Below, piece after piece: positions 55,352-64,000 of a stretch of 64,000 nt of DNA. The notes below the pieces were generated by a model. The model had not been told where the DNA came from. It worked only from the letters and a program-made list of their open reading frames with translations, and did no database searches. Numbering within the stretch: position 1 is the stretch's first letter; every line of letters begins with the position of its first letter. The position numbers and the translations under genes are program-made. Source of the stretch: Nannocystis bainbridge. Its GTDB lineage: Bacteria; Myxococcota_A; Polyangia; Nannocystales; Nannocystaceae. The stretch is taken from contig NZ_JAQNDL010000003.1 of the NCBI RefSeq assembly GCF_028368995.1, forward strand, positions 1,248,001-1,312,000, in the 5' to 3' direction.

Positions 55352-56440
55352 TCACTCGGGCACGTCGCACACCGGCTCCGGCTCCGGCTCCCGGCAGCGA
55401 TCGCCCTCCCCGCACTGCAGGTGGCCCAGGCACTGCACCCACCCGGCGGACTCGCCGCACCCGGCGTCCACCCCCCCGCGGAGCACGCACACCTGCGAAC
55501 CGGCGTTGGGCTTGCACTCCGCGTACGGCTGGCACTCCCAATCCAGGCATGGTTCGCCGGCGGTCGGCAGCTTGACGCACTTCCTGCTCGTCTCGTCGCA
55601 GGTGTTGTCGAGGCGGGCGCACGGCGGGTAGTTGTTCGTCGAGCAGCTCTGGCCCTCGTTCGGCAGCGTCCGGCACGTGCGCCCGCCGTCGTCCGAGGAG
55701 TAGCATTGCAGGCCCTCGGCGCATTCGACCCACCCTGACGAGCAGTCCCCGCCTTCCCCGGTCCGCTCGCGGCAGATCGACTCCGAGAAATCGCAGTACA
55801 GCTCGAGCGCGCACGAGTTGCCGTTGTCCACGCACGACTCCCCCGCCTTGCGCCGCGCCGTGCACACCGTCGGCAGGAACGTATTGGGGTCGCGGGCGCA
55901 GAACGCATCGTCCGCGCAGCCCGAGCCGCTGCACGCGTCGCCGATCTGCGGCCCTGCGCCGCCCAGCACCCGGCACGCCCCCGGGCAGCACATGTCCTCC
56001 TCGCAGCCGAACGGCGAGAACCCGCACACCGCATCGCCCGCGCACTCCTCCGAGTTGAGGCACGGATCGTAGTTGCGGACCTTGCCGACGAACACGTCGG
56101 CGCACACCGCCGGCCCCGCCGTGGGGCCGACGCTGAACAGCACCCGCTCGAGCAGGTTGCGCTCGCACGCCTGCGCGCTCACCTGCTCGAGGCAGGCCTC
56201 GGCCGCCTCGGCGTCGAACTTCACCCGCTCGGCCGCCAGCGCCGCCAGCAGGTACTGGAAGCGCCCGCTCGTGTCCCACACCAGCGATTCGCGGCACTGC
56301 GCCGGCGACTGGAACACCGCGCAGCCGGACGCCCACGCGCACAGCGCCTGCTCGTACTCGCCGGCGAAGTCGTCCGGCGTCGCCGGCTCCGCGCACCCCG
56401 CCGTCACACACAGCACCAGCCCGGCGATCGTCGTCCTCAT
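55352..56440 (-). CDS. Cys-rich (Dickkopf/EB-like repeat) lipoprotein
   Basis: TAGC lipobox; FDAEAAEACL; G..C...C..GL.C repeats. Confidence 0.75.
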   Translation of the reverse strand: MRTTIAGLVLCVTAGCAEPATPDDFAGEYEQALCAWASGCAVFQSPAQCRESLVWDTSGRFQYLLAALAAERVKFDAEAAEACLEQVSAQACERNLLERVLFSVGPTAGPAVCADVFVGKVRNYDPCLNSEECAGDAVCGFSPFGCEEDMCCPGACRVLGGAGPQIGDACSGSGCADDAFCARDPNTFLPTVCTARRKAGESCVDNGNSCALELYCDFSESICRERTGEGGDCSSGWVECAEGLQCYSSDDGGRTCRTLPNEGQSCSTNNYPPCARLDNTCDETSRKCVKLPTAGEPCLDWECQPYAECKPNAGSQVCVLRGGVDAGCGESAGWVQCLGHLQCGEGDRCREPEPEPVCDVPE

Positions 56441-56467
56441 GATGTCCTCCACGACATGTCCTTATGT

Positions 56468-57700
56468 TTATGTCCCTTGAGGCAGCTGATCCGCCGCCGG
56501 CACCGGACACACGCTGTCGATCGCCGGCGCGACGCAGCGGGCGTCGTCCCAGCCGTCGCAGCGCAGCGCCCCGGCGCAGCGCTGGATGTCGAAGCCGCAC
56601 GGCTCGCCCTCGCCGCCGCGGGCCACGCAGACCTGGGTGGTCCAGTCGCAGCTGCTGGACAGCCCGCACACGCTCATCGGGCACGGCTCGCCGGGCCCCG
56701 GCGCCGCCACGCACTGCTCGCTGTCCGGATCGCAGGTCGCCCCGAGCGTCCCGCAGCCGAGGTACCAGTCGGCCTTGCAGGCCGCGCCCAGCGGCGCGAA
56801 CGCGCGGCAGCGGCCCGCGCCGACGTACTCCGGGTCGGCGCAGAACAGCCCCTCCTGGCAGCCGAATTCGCCGAACGGGGCGCACGCCTCACCCTCGCCG
56901 CCGAGCGGCCGACACAGGCCGCTCTGGAAGTCGCAGAAGCTGTCGGCGTCGCACGCGTCGACGCTCTGGCAGGCGCCGCCGGCCGGCCGCTGCGCCGTGC
57001 ACTGCGTGGACGCCCCGGTGTTCGGGTCGCGGTCGCAGAAGCTGCCGGGCTCGCAGCGGCTGTTGCCGTTGCAAGGCGTGCCCACGGTCAGCGACGCCAG
57101 CCGGCGGCAGCCGCCGACGCAGCAGCTGTCGGTGCACGACGGATCGAAGCCGCACACCATCTCCGCCCCCTCCTGCAGCGCGCACTCGGCCGTCAGCAGG
57201 CACGGCCCGTTCTCGACCATCGTCCCGCGCAGGATCGCGTCGCAGGCGGCCCGCCCGGCCGCTTCGGCCTCGTCGACCACGTACGAGCCCAGGAGCTCGC
57301 AGCCGCGGGCCTCGACGTAGGCCAGGCAGCTCGCCGCCGCCTCGGCGTCGAACACCAGCCGCCCCGCCGCCTCCGAGGCCCGCAGGTACGCCGTCGCCTG
57401 CCCGCCCCCGCCCTCGCCCTCGTCGAGCCGCGCCTGGGCCAGCAGCCGCGGCGGATAGACCGTGTCGAAGAACTCGACCGCGCGGCAGTCCGCCTCCGCC
57501 GCGAACGCCCCGCAGCGGACCGCCCAGCCGCAGTAGCTCGCCTCGGCCAGCTCGAAGAAGTCGGCGAACGCGATCGCCTCGGCCGCGCCGGTGTCCGTGC
57601 CCGTGCCCGTGTCGGTGTCCGTCGTCGCGGCCTGGTCGCTGCCGCACCCGAGCACCCCGACCAGGATCACGGCAGAGCACCGACGCAAAGTTAAGCGCAT
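56468..57700 (-). CDS. Cys-rich lipoprotein, paralogue of the adjacent gene
   Basis: VLGC lipobox; FDAEAAASCL; CC.G.CR and FC.RDPNT shared with 55352..56440. Confidence 0.75.
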   Translation of the reverse strand: MRLTLRRCSAVILVGVLGCGSDQAATTDTDTGTGTDTGAAEAIAFADFFELAEASYCGWAVRCGAFAAEADCRAVEFFDTVYPPRLLAQARLDEGEGGGGQATAYLRASEAAGRLVFDAEAAASCLAYVEARGCELLGSYVVDEAEAAGRAACDAILRGTMVENGPCLLTAECALQEGAEMVCGFDPSCTDSCCVGGCRRLASLTVGTPCNGNSRCEPGSFCDRDPNTGASTQCTAQRPAGGACQSVDACDADSFCDFQSGLCRPLGGEGEACAPFGEFGCQEGLFCADPEYVGAGRCRAFAPLGAACKADWYLGCGTLGATCDPDSEQCVAAPGPGEPCPMSVCGLSSSCDWTTQVCVARGGEGEPCGFDIQRCAGALRCDGWDDARCVAPAIDSVCPVPAADQLPQGT

Positions 57701-57731
57701 GCCCCAAGCTACGGGCCGCCCGCGCGGCCTG

Positions 57732-58943
57732 TCAATTCGCCGGCACCGGCGCGGGCGCGGGCGCCCTCGCGGCCGCGGAACGCCGGTCTGCCAGCGCCTT
57801 GCGGGCCCCGACGGCCTCGCCGATCAGCACCGTCGCCGCGCAGCTGGCCGCCAGGCTCGAGCGGGCCCGCTCGACCGCCTTGCGCACGCAGCCCGCCAGC
57901 CTGGGATCGGCCCCCTCGACCCGGACCTGCCCGGCCCGCCCGCCGCGGTAGCTCCAGACCACCGCCACCGCCGCCCCGGCCGGCGCGCAGGCGTCGAGCG
58001 CCGCCTTGTGGGCCGCCACGCCCTCGAGCGCCTCCGCCAGCGCCAGCGGGTCGGTCTGCGGCATCCGGCACGCCAGCTCGTGCACCGTCAGGCCCGCCAT
58101 CGTCAGCGTCGGCGCCCGGCTCGTCAGCGCCACCTCGACCTTGCGCCCGCGCGACCGCTTCAGCTGGGCCGCCAGCTCGCAGCCGTCGCCGTCGCCGCCC
58201 TCGCACGCGCGCGCGAACAGGGCCGTCGCCTGGCCGACGTCGACCGCCGTGCCGACCCCGCGCAGCGCCGCCAGGCCCTGGCGCAGGCACCCCGCCGGCT
58301 GGCCGCCCGCGCACCCGCGCGCGAACAGCTCGACCGCGCGCGCGTTGTCGCCGGGCCGCCCGCCCGCCTCGTCGAAGATCAGGATGCCCGCGTTGAAGCA
58401 GCCGGTCGCGTGCCCGAGCCCGCACGCCTGCTCGAACGCCGCCGCCGCGCGGCCCGGGTCGCGCGTCGCCCCGCGACCTGTCTCGAAGAACAGCCCCGCC
58501 GTGAAGCACGCGAACGCGTCCTGCTTGGCGCACGCCAGCTCGAACATCGCCAGCGCGCGCGGCGGATCGGCCGGCACGGCGGTGCCTTCGGCCAGCATCG
58601 TCCCGACCGTCGCGCACGCCTCGGCGAAGCCGAGCCGGCACGCGCGGTCGTACAAGCCGACGGCCCGCGGCGGATCTTTCACCGCTCCGCCGACCCCGCC
58701 GCGCAGCACCCCGGCGAGGTTGGAGCAGCCGACGGCATGTCCGAGAGAACATGACCGATCGAGCAGGCGCAGCGCCTCGTCGGGGCGCTGCAGGCCGAGC
58801 GCCAGCATGCCCTCGGTGTTGCACTCGGCCGCCTCGCACTGCCGCGGCGGCTCGGCCGGCGCCGCGGTCTCCTGCGCGGCCGGGCAAGCAGCGACGAGCC
58901 ACAGGCCCGCGACCAGGGGCGAGAGACACCCGTGCGTGCGCAT
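57732..58943 (-). CDS. Sel1-like repeat lipoprotein, paralogue of 10852..12060
   Basis: VAAC lipobox; ~6 Sel1 repeats; C-terminal domain homologous to that of the 10.9-kb gene. Confidence 0.8.
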   Translation of the reverse strand: MRTHGCLSPLVAGLWLVAACPAAQETAAPAEPPRQCEAAECNTEGMLALGLQRPDEALRLLDRSCSLGHAVGCSNLAGVLRGGVGGAVKDPPRAVGLYDRACRLGFAEACATVGTMLAEGTAVPADPPRALAMFELACAKQDAFACFTAGLFFETGRGATRDPGRAAAAFEQACGLGHATGCFNAGILIFDEAGGRPGDNARAVELFARGCAGGQPAGCLRQGLAALRGVGTAVDVGQATALFARACEGGDGDGCELAAQLKRSRGRKVEVALTSRAPTLTMAGLTVHELACRMPQTDPLALAEALEGVAAHKAALDACAPAGAAVAVVWSYRGGRAGQVRVEGADPRLAGCVRKAVERARSSLAASCAATVLIGEAVGARKALADRRSAAARAPAPAPVPAN

Positions 58944-59175
58944 ATTTGCGCGAGGGTTGCCCACAGCCCCGGCAGCGTCAAGCCTCGGCGGGCGCGGGTG
59001 CGAGGAACACCGCCCGCGCCCGTATGCGGCCTTCGGCGCCGTCCTTGCGACAGCGCCCGCCTCACGCCCTCGCGCCCGGGATCGCCCGCCTCCGCCGCGA
59101 GCGATCTGCAGCCGTCCGCTCGTGCGGGCCGCCACGCCCGCCGCGTCGCGATCACCGGCGCTCCGCCGCGCCCCA

Positions 59176-59294
59176 AACCCTGGACAGGGACTCCATCCAT
59201 TGCGAGCTCCCCGGTTCCCCGCGCTCGTGGCTCCGCGCTCCGTCGGCGCCTGGCTCGCCGAGCGCCTCGCGGACAACCCTGGACAGGGACTCCA
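59176..59294 (+). repeat. Exact 20-bp direct repeat AACCCTGGACAGGGACTCCA, 99 bp apart
   Basis: Copies at 59176-59195 and 59275-59294. Confidence 0.75.
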
Positions 59295-59741
59295 CACTTC
59301 ATCGCCGCGAATCCCCGAGGCGCTCCGCCGCGCTTCGCCTTCCGCTGCGTCACCGCGCTTGCGGGCCTATCACCGCCGTCTCACGGTCGAGCCCGGTGGC
59401 TCGCGCGCTCGCATCGATGCCCGCACCATCGCCGTCGATCCGCGATTCGCTCGCCGCCTGCACACCGCATGTCTCTTCAGACATGTCCCTTTCGTCATGT
59501 CTGGACTGTCACACATCCCGGGCCCGGGTGTGTGCGAGCGCCACGTCGGCGTCGGGGTTCGTTCGCCCGGGCGCGCCGGCGCCTCGGGCCCCCTAACCTG
59601 CGGAATCCGCCCGAATTTCGCCTGGCATCGCGGCAGGCGCGCCTTTCATCGTCGACATGATCGAGCGGGACGCCGCCTGGCAAAGCTGCGTATCCTCCAG
59701 GGGACGCGCGGACCTTCGGGTCGCGCGCCAGGAGCCTCGAC

Positions 59742-62700
59742 ATGACCATCACGGATGCGACCGAGAGCGGCGCAGGTTGGACTGGCATCGCGACCCCCGA
59801 GCAGCGGCAGCTCTTGCGCGTGCTGCAGGCGGTGCGCGACGGCGACTTCTCGGCCGAGCTGCCGGGCGACTGGACGGGGCTGGGCGGCAAGATCGCCGAC
59901 ACCGTCAACCAGATCATCGTCGCCAACCGGGTCATGGCCGCCGAGCTCGAACGCATCGGCGAGGTCGTCGGCAAGCGCGGTCAGACCCGCCAGCGCGTGC
60001 GCGGCCACAACCGCGTCGGCGCCTGGGGCGAGATGGAGGACTCGGTCAACACCCTGATCGACGACCTCCTGTGGCCCACCGCCGAGGTGAGTCGGGCCAT
60101 CGGCGCCGTCGCCAAGGGCGACCTGACCCAGACCATGCGCATGGACGTCGAGGGTCGGCCGCTGCAGGGCGAGTTCTTGCGCTCGGCCACCATCGTCAAC
60201 ACGATGATCGACCAGATGAGCGTGTTCACCAGCGAGGTGACGCGCGTCGCTCGCGAGGTCGGCACCGACGGCAAGCTCGGCGGCCAGGCCCAGGTCGCCG
60301 GTCTCTCGGGCGTGTGGAAGGACCTCACCGACAACGTCAACTCGATGGCGGGCAACCTCACCGCCCAGGTCCGCAACATCGCCGAGGTCACCATCGCCGT
60401 CGCCAGCGGCGACCTCTCGCGCAAGATCACCGTCGACGTGCGCGGCGAGATCCTCCAGCTCAAGGAGGCCATCAACACCATGGTCGACCAGCTGCGCTCG
60501 TTCGCCTCCGAGGTGACGCGCGTCGCTCGCGAGGTCGGCAGCGAGGGCAAGCTCGGCGGTCAGGCGATCGTGCCTGGCGTCGCCGGCACCTGGAAGGACC
60601 TCACCGACTCGGTCAACGCCATGGCGTTGAACCTCACCTCGCAGGTCCGCAACATCGCCGAGGTCACCACCGCCGTGGCCCGCGGCGACCTCTCGCGCAA
60701 GATCACCGTCGACGTCAAGGGTGAGATCCTCGAGCTCAAGAACACCATCAACACGATGGTCGACCAGCTCAACGGCTTCGCCGCCGAGGTGACTCGCGTC
60801 GCCCGCGAGGTCGGCACCGAGGGCAAGCTCGGCGGTCAGGCTCAGGTCCCCGGCGTCGCCGGCACCTGGAAGGACCTCACCGACAACGTCAACTCGATGG
60901 CCTCCAATCTCACCGCGCAGGTCCGCAACATCGCCGAGGTCGCCACCGCGATCGCCGGCGGCGACCTCTCGCGCAAGATCACCGTCGACGTGCGCGGCGA
61001 GATCCTCCAGCTCAAGGAGACCCTCAACACGATGGTCGAGCAGCTGCGCTCGTTCGCCTCCGAGGTGACGCGCGTCGCTCGCGAGGTCGGCACCGAGGGC
61101 AAGCTCGGCGGCCAGGCCCAGGTCCCTGGCGTCGCCGGCACCTGGAAGGACCTCACCGACAACGTCAACGGCCTCGCCTCGAACCTCACCTCACAGGTCC
61201 GCAACATCGCCGAGGTCACCACCGCCGTGGCCCGCGGCGACCTCTCGCGCAAGATCACCGTCGACGTCAAGGGTGAGATCCTCGAGCTCAAGAACACCAT
61301 CAACACGATGGTCGACCAGCTCAACGGCTTCGCCGCCGAGGTGACTCGCGTCGCCCGCGAGGTCGGCACCGAGGGCAAGCTCGGCGGTCAGGCTCAGGTC
61401 AAGGGCGCCGGCGGCACCTGGAAGGACCTCACCGACAACGTCAACGCGATGGCCTCGAACCTCACCTCGCAGGTCCGCAACATCGCCGACGTGACCACCG
61501 CCGTGGCCCGCGGCGACCTCTCGCGCAAGATCACCGTCGATGTGAAGGGCGAGATCCTCGAGCTCAAGAACACCATCAACACGATGGTCGACCAGCTCAA
61601 CGGCTTCGCCGCCGAGGTGACCCGCGTCGCTCGCGAGGTCGGCACCGAGGGCAACCTCGGCGGTCAGGCTCAGGTCCCCGGCGTCGCCGGCACCTGGAAG
61701 GACCTCACCGACAACGTCAACTCGATGGCGTCCAACCTGACCTCGCAGGTGCGCAACATCGCCGAGGTCACCACCGCCGTCGCCCGCGGCGACCTCTCGC
61801 GCAAGATCACCGTCGACGTCAAGGGCGAGATCCTCGAGCTCAAGAACACCATCAACGTCATGGTGGACCAGCTCAACGGCTTCGCCAGCGAGGTTACGCG
61901 CGTCGCCCGCGAGGTCGGCTCGGAGGGCAAGCTCGGCGGTCAGGCTCAGGTCCCCGGCGTCGCCGGCACCTGGAAGGACCTCACCGACTCGGTCAACGCC
62001 ATGGCCTCGAACCTCACCTCGCAGGTGCGCAACATCGCCGAGGTCACCACCGCCGTGGCGACCGGCGACCTCTCGCGCAAGATCACCGTCGACGTCAAGG
62101 GTGAGATCCTCGAGCTCAAGAACACCATCAACACGATGGTCGACCAGCTCAACGGCTTCGCCGCCGAGGTGACCCGCGTCGCCCGCGAGGTCGGCACCGA
62201 GGGCAAGCTCGGCGGTCAGGCCCAGGTCCCCGGCATCGCCGGCACCTGGAAGGACCTCACCGACAACGTCAACTCGATGGCCTCGAACCTGACCTCGCAG
62301 GTGCGCAACATCGCCGAGGTCACCACCGCCGTGGCCCGCGGCGACCTCTCGCGCAAGATCACCGTCGACGTCGAGGGCGAGATCCTCGAGCTCAAGAACA
62401 CCATCAACACGATGGTCGACCAGCTCAACGGCTTCGCCGCCGAGGTGACCCGCGTCGCCCGCGAGGTCGGCACCGAGGGCATCCTCGGCGGCCAGGCCCA
62501 GGTGCCGGGCGTCGCCGGCGCGTGGAAGGGCCTGACGGACAACGTCAACTCGATGGCCTCGAACCTGACCTCGCAGGTGCGCAACATCGCCGAGGTCACC
62601 ACGGCGATCGCCCGCGGCGACCTCTCGAAGAAGATCACCGTCGACGTCAAGGGCGAGATCCTCCAGCTCAAGGACACCATCAACACGATGGTCGACCAGC

Positions 62701-64000
62701 TCAACGCGTTCGCGGCCGAGGTGACCCGCGTCGCCCGCGAGGTCGGCACCGAGGGCAAGCTCGGCGGTCAGGCCCAGGTCAAGGGCGTCGCCGGCACCTG
62801 GAAGGACCTCACCGACAACGTCAACGTCATGGCCGCCAACCTCACCAACCAGGTGCGCGGCATCGTCAAGGTCGTGACCGCGGTGGCCAACGGCGACCTG
62901 CGCCAGGAGCTCACGGTCGAGGCCAAGGGCGAGGTCGCGGCGCTGGCGACCACGATCAACAACATGACCGGCACGCTCGCCATCTTCGCCGACCAGGTCA
63001 CCTCGGTCGCGCGCGAGGTCGGCGTCGAGGGTCGCCTCGGCGGCCAGGCCAACGTGCCCGGCGCGGCCGGCACCTGGAAGGACCTGACCGCCAACGTCAA
63101 CCTCCTGGCGGCCAACCTGACCACCCAGGTCCGCGCCATCGCCGAGGTCGCCACCGCCGTCACCAAGGGCGACCTGACCCGGTCGATCCAGGTCGACGCC
63201 CGCGGCGAGGTCGCCGACCTCAAGGACAACATCAACGCGATGATCGACAACCTGCGCGCCACCACGGAGCGCAACAACGAGCAGGGCTGGCTCAAGACCA
63301 ACCTCGCCAGCTTCACCCGCATGATGCAGGGCCAGCGCGACCTCATCACCGTGGGCCAGCGCCTGCTGTCCGAGCTGGTGCCGCTGATCGACGCCCAGCA
63401 GGGCGTGATGTACGTGATGGACGGCCTGAGCGGCGAGGCCGAGCTGACCCAGCTGGCCAGCTACGCCGACGCCCGCGATCCCAAGAACCCGCGCCACTAC
63501 GGCGTCGGCGAGGGCCTGGTCGGCCAGTGCGCGGTCGAGCGCCAGCGGATCTTGCTGTCGCACGTGACCGACGAGTCGGTGGTCATCAGCTCGGGGCTTT
63601 TGACCGCCCGCCCGCGCACGGTGATCGTCCTGCCGGTGCTGTTCGAGGGCCAGGTCAAGGCGGTGATCGAGCTGGCCTCGCTGCGCGAGTTCACGGCCTC
63701 GCACCTGGCGTTCCTCGAGCAGCTGACGGGCAGCATCGGCATCGTCATCAACACCATCGAGGCGACCATGCGCACCGAGGGCCTGCTGCAGCAGTCGCAG
63801 CAGCTGGCCGGCGAGCTGCAGGCCCAGCAGAAGGAGCTGCAGCAGACCAACGAGGAGCTGGCGACCAAGGCCAAGCTGCTCGCCGAGCAGAACGCGGAGG
63901 TCGAGCGCAAGAACCAGGAGATCGAGCAGGCCCGCCGCGCGCTCGAGGAGAAAGCGGCCGAGCTGGTGCTGACCTCGCGCTACAAGTCCGAGTTCCTCGC
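59742..64000 (+). CDS. Giant poly-HAMP hybrid histidine kinase (NIK1/OS-1 group III-like), 3'-truncated by window
   Basis: ATG 59742 after a GGAG RBS; 11 tandem 92-aa repeats ([35 protein letters not shown]), then GAF, coiled coil and SRYKSEFLA (start of HisKA). No stop in the window, so it is missing from the ORF track. Confidence 0.93.
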   Translation, partial: MTITDATESGAGWTGIATPEQRQLLRVLQAVRDGDFSAELPGDWTGLGGKIADTVNQIIVANRVMAAELERIGEVVGKRGQTRQRVRGHNRVGAWGEMEDSVNTLIDDLLWPTAEVSRAIGAVAKGDLTQTMRMDVEGRPLQGEFLRSATIVNTMIDQMSVFTSEVTRVAREVGTDGKLGGQAQVAGLSGVWKDLTDNVNSMAGNLTAQVRNIAEVTIAVASGDLSRKITVDVRGEILQLKEAINTMVDQLRSFASEVTRVAREVGSEGKLGGQAIVPGVAGTWKDLTDSVNAMALNLTSQVRNIAEVTTAVARGDLSRKITVDVKGEILELKNTINTMVDQLNGFAAEVTRVAREVGTEGKLGGQAQVPGVAGTWKDLTDNVNSMASNLTAQVRNIAEVATAIAGGDLSRKITVDVRGEILQLKETLNTMVEQLRSFASEVTRVAREVGTEGKLGGQAQVPGVAGTWKDLTDNVNGLASNLTSQVRNIAEVTTAVARGDLSRKITVDVKGEILELKNTINTMVDQLNGFAAEVTRVAREVGTEGKLGGQAQVKGAGGTWKDLTDNVNAMASNLTSQVRNIADVTTAVARGDLSRKITVDVKGEILELKNTINTMVDQLNGFAAEVTRVAREVGTEGNLGGQAQVPGVAGTWKDLTDNVNSMASNLTSQVRNIAEVTTAVARGDLSRKITVDVKGEILELKNTINVMVDQLNGFASEVTRVAREVGSEGKLGGQAQVPGVAGTWKDLTDSVNAMASNLTSQVRNIAEVTTAVATGDLSRKITVDVKGEILELKNTINTMVDQLNGFAAEVTRVAREVGTEGKLGGQAQVPGIAGTWKDLTDNVNSMASNLTSQVRNIAEVTTAVARGDLSRKITVDVEGEILELKNTINTMVDQLNGFAAEVTRVAREVGTEGILGGQAQVPGVAGAWKGLTDNVNSMASNLTSQVRNIAEVTTAIARGDLSKKITVDVKGEILQLKDTINTMVDQLNAFAAEVTRVAREVGTEGKLGGQAQVKGVAGTWKDLTDNVNVMAANLTNQVRGIVKVVTAVANGDLRQELTVEAKGEVAALATTINNMTGTLAIFADQVTSVAREVGVEGRLGGQANVPGAAGTWKDLTANVNLLAANLTTQVRAIAEVATAVTKGDLTRSIQVDARGEVADLKDNINAMIDNLRATTERNNEQGWLKTNLASFTRMMQGQRDLITVGQRLLSELVPLIDAQQGVMYVMDGLSGEAELTQLASYADARDPKNPRHYGVGEGLVGQCAVERQRILLSHVTDESVVISSGLLTARPRTVIVLPVLFEGQVKAVIELASLREFTASHLAFLEQLTGSIGIVINTIEATMRTEGLLQQSQQLAGELQAQQKELQQTNEELATKAKLLAEQNAEVERKNQEIEQARRALEEKAAELVLTSRYKSEFL
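60230..63260 (+). repeat. 276-bp coding tandem repeat (11 copies)
   Basis: CGCGAGGTCGGC at 60252, 60528, 60804, 61080, 61356, 61632, 61908, 62184, 62460, 62736, 63012. Confidence 0.95.

Noticed and set aside
61191-63704. 837-aa minus-strand ORF and the repeated '[14 protein letters not shown]' ORFs
   Set aside because: Antisense shadows of the poly-HAMP repeats.

Overview
Very GC-rich myxobacterial chromosome segment. Thr/Gly-rich lipoproteins, MYXO-CTERM tails, Cys-rich DUF4215 repeats and an MglA paralogue suggest Nannocystis/Nannocystaceae (inference). It holds about 45 genes: many secreted or lipoproteins, two hybrid histidine kinases (one a giant poly-HAMP kinase running off the right end and absent from the ORF track), an MJ1316-EEP-2H-poly(A) polymerase RNA-repair fusion, an orphan N6-adenine methyltransferase, an EBP/EXPERA sterol-isomerase-like protein, a catalytically degenerate MglA, GSTs, ggt and rpe. 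I recognised no rRNA, tRNA, transposase or cas genes. The most striking signal is not a gene. A DNA motif of ACATGT-like hexamers set exactly 14 bp apart (consensus AC[A/C]TGTC-N6-GACA[T/G]GT) occurs at about 30 loci, intergenic and inside CDSs. It appears as pairs, as phased runs of up to 6 units, and as a 5-copy array with a ~52.5-bp period at 55.0-55.3 kb.
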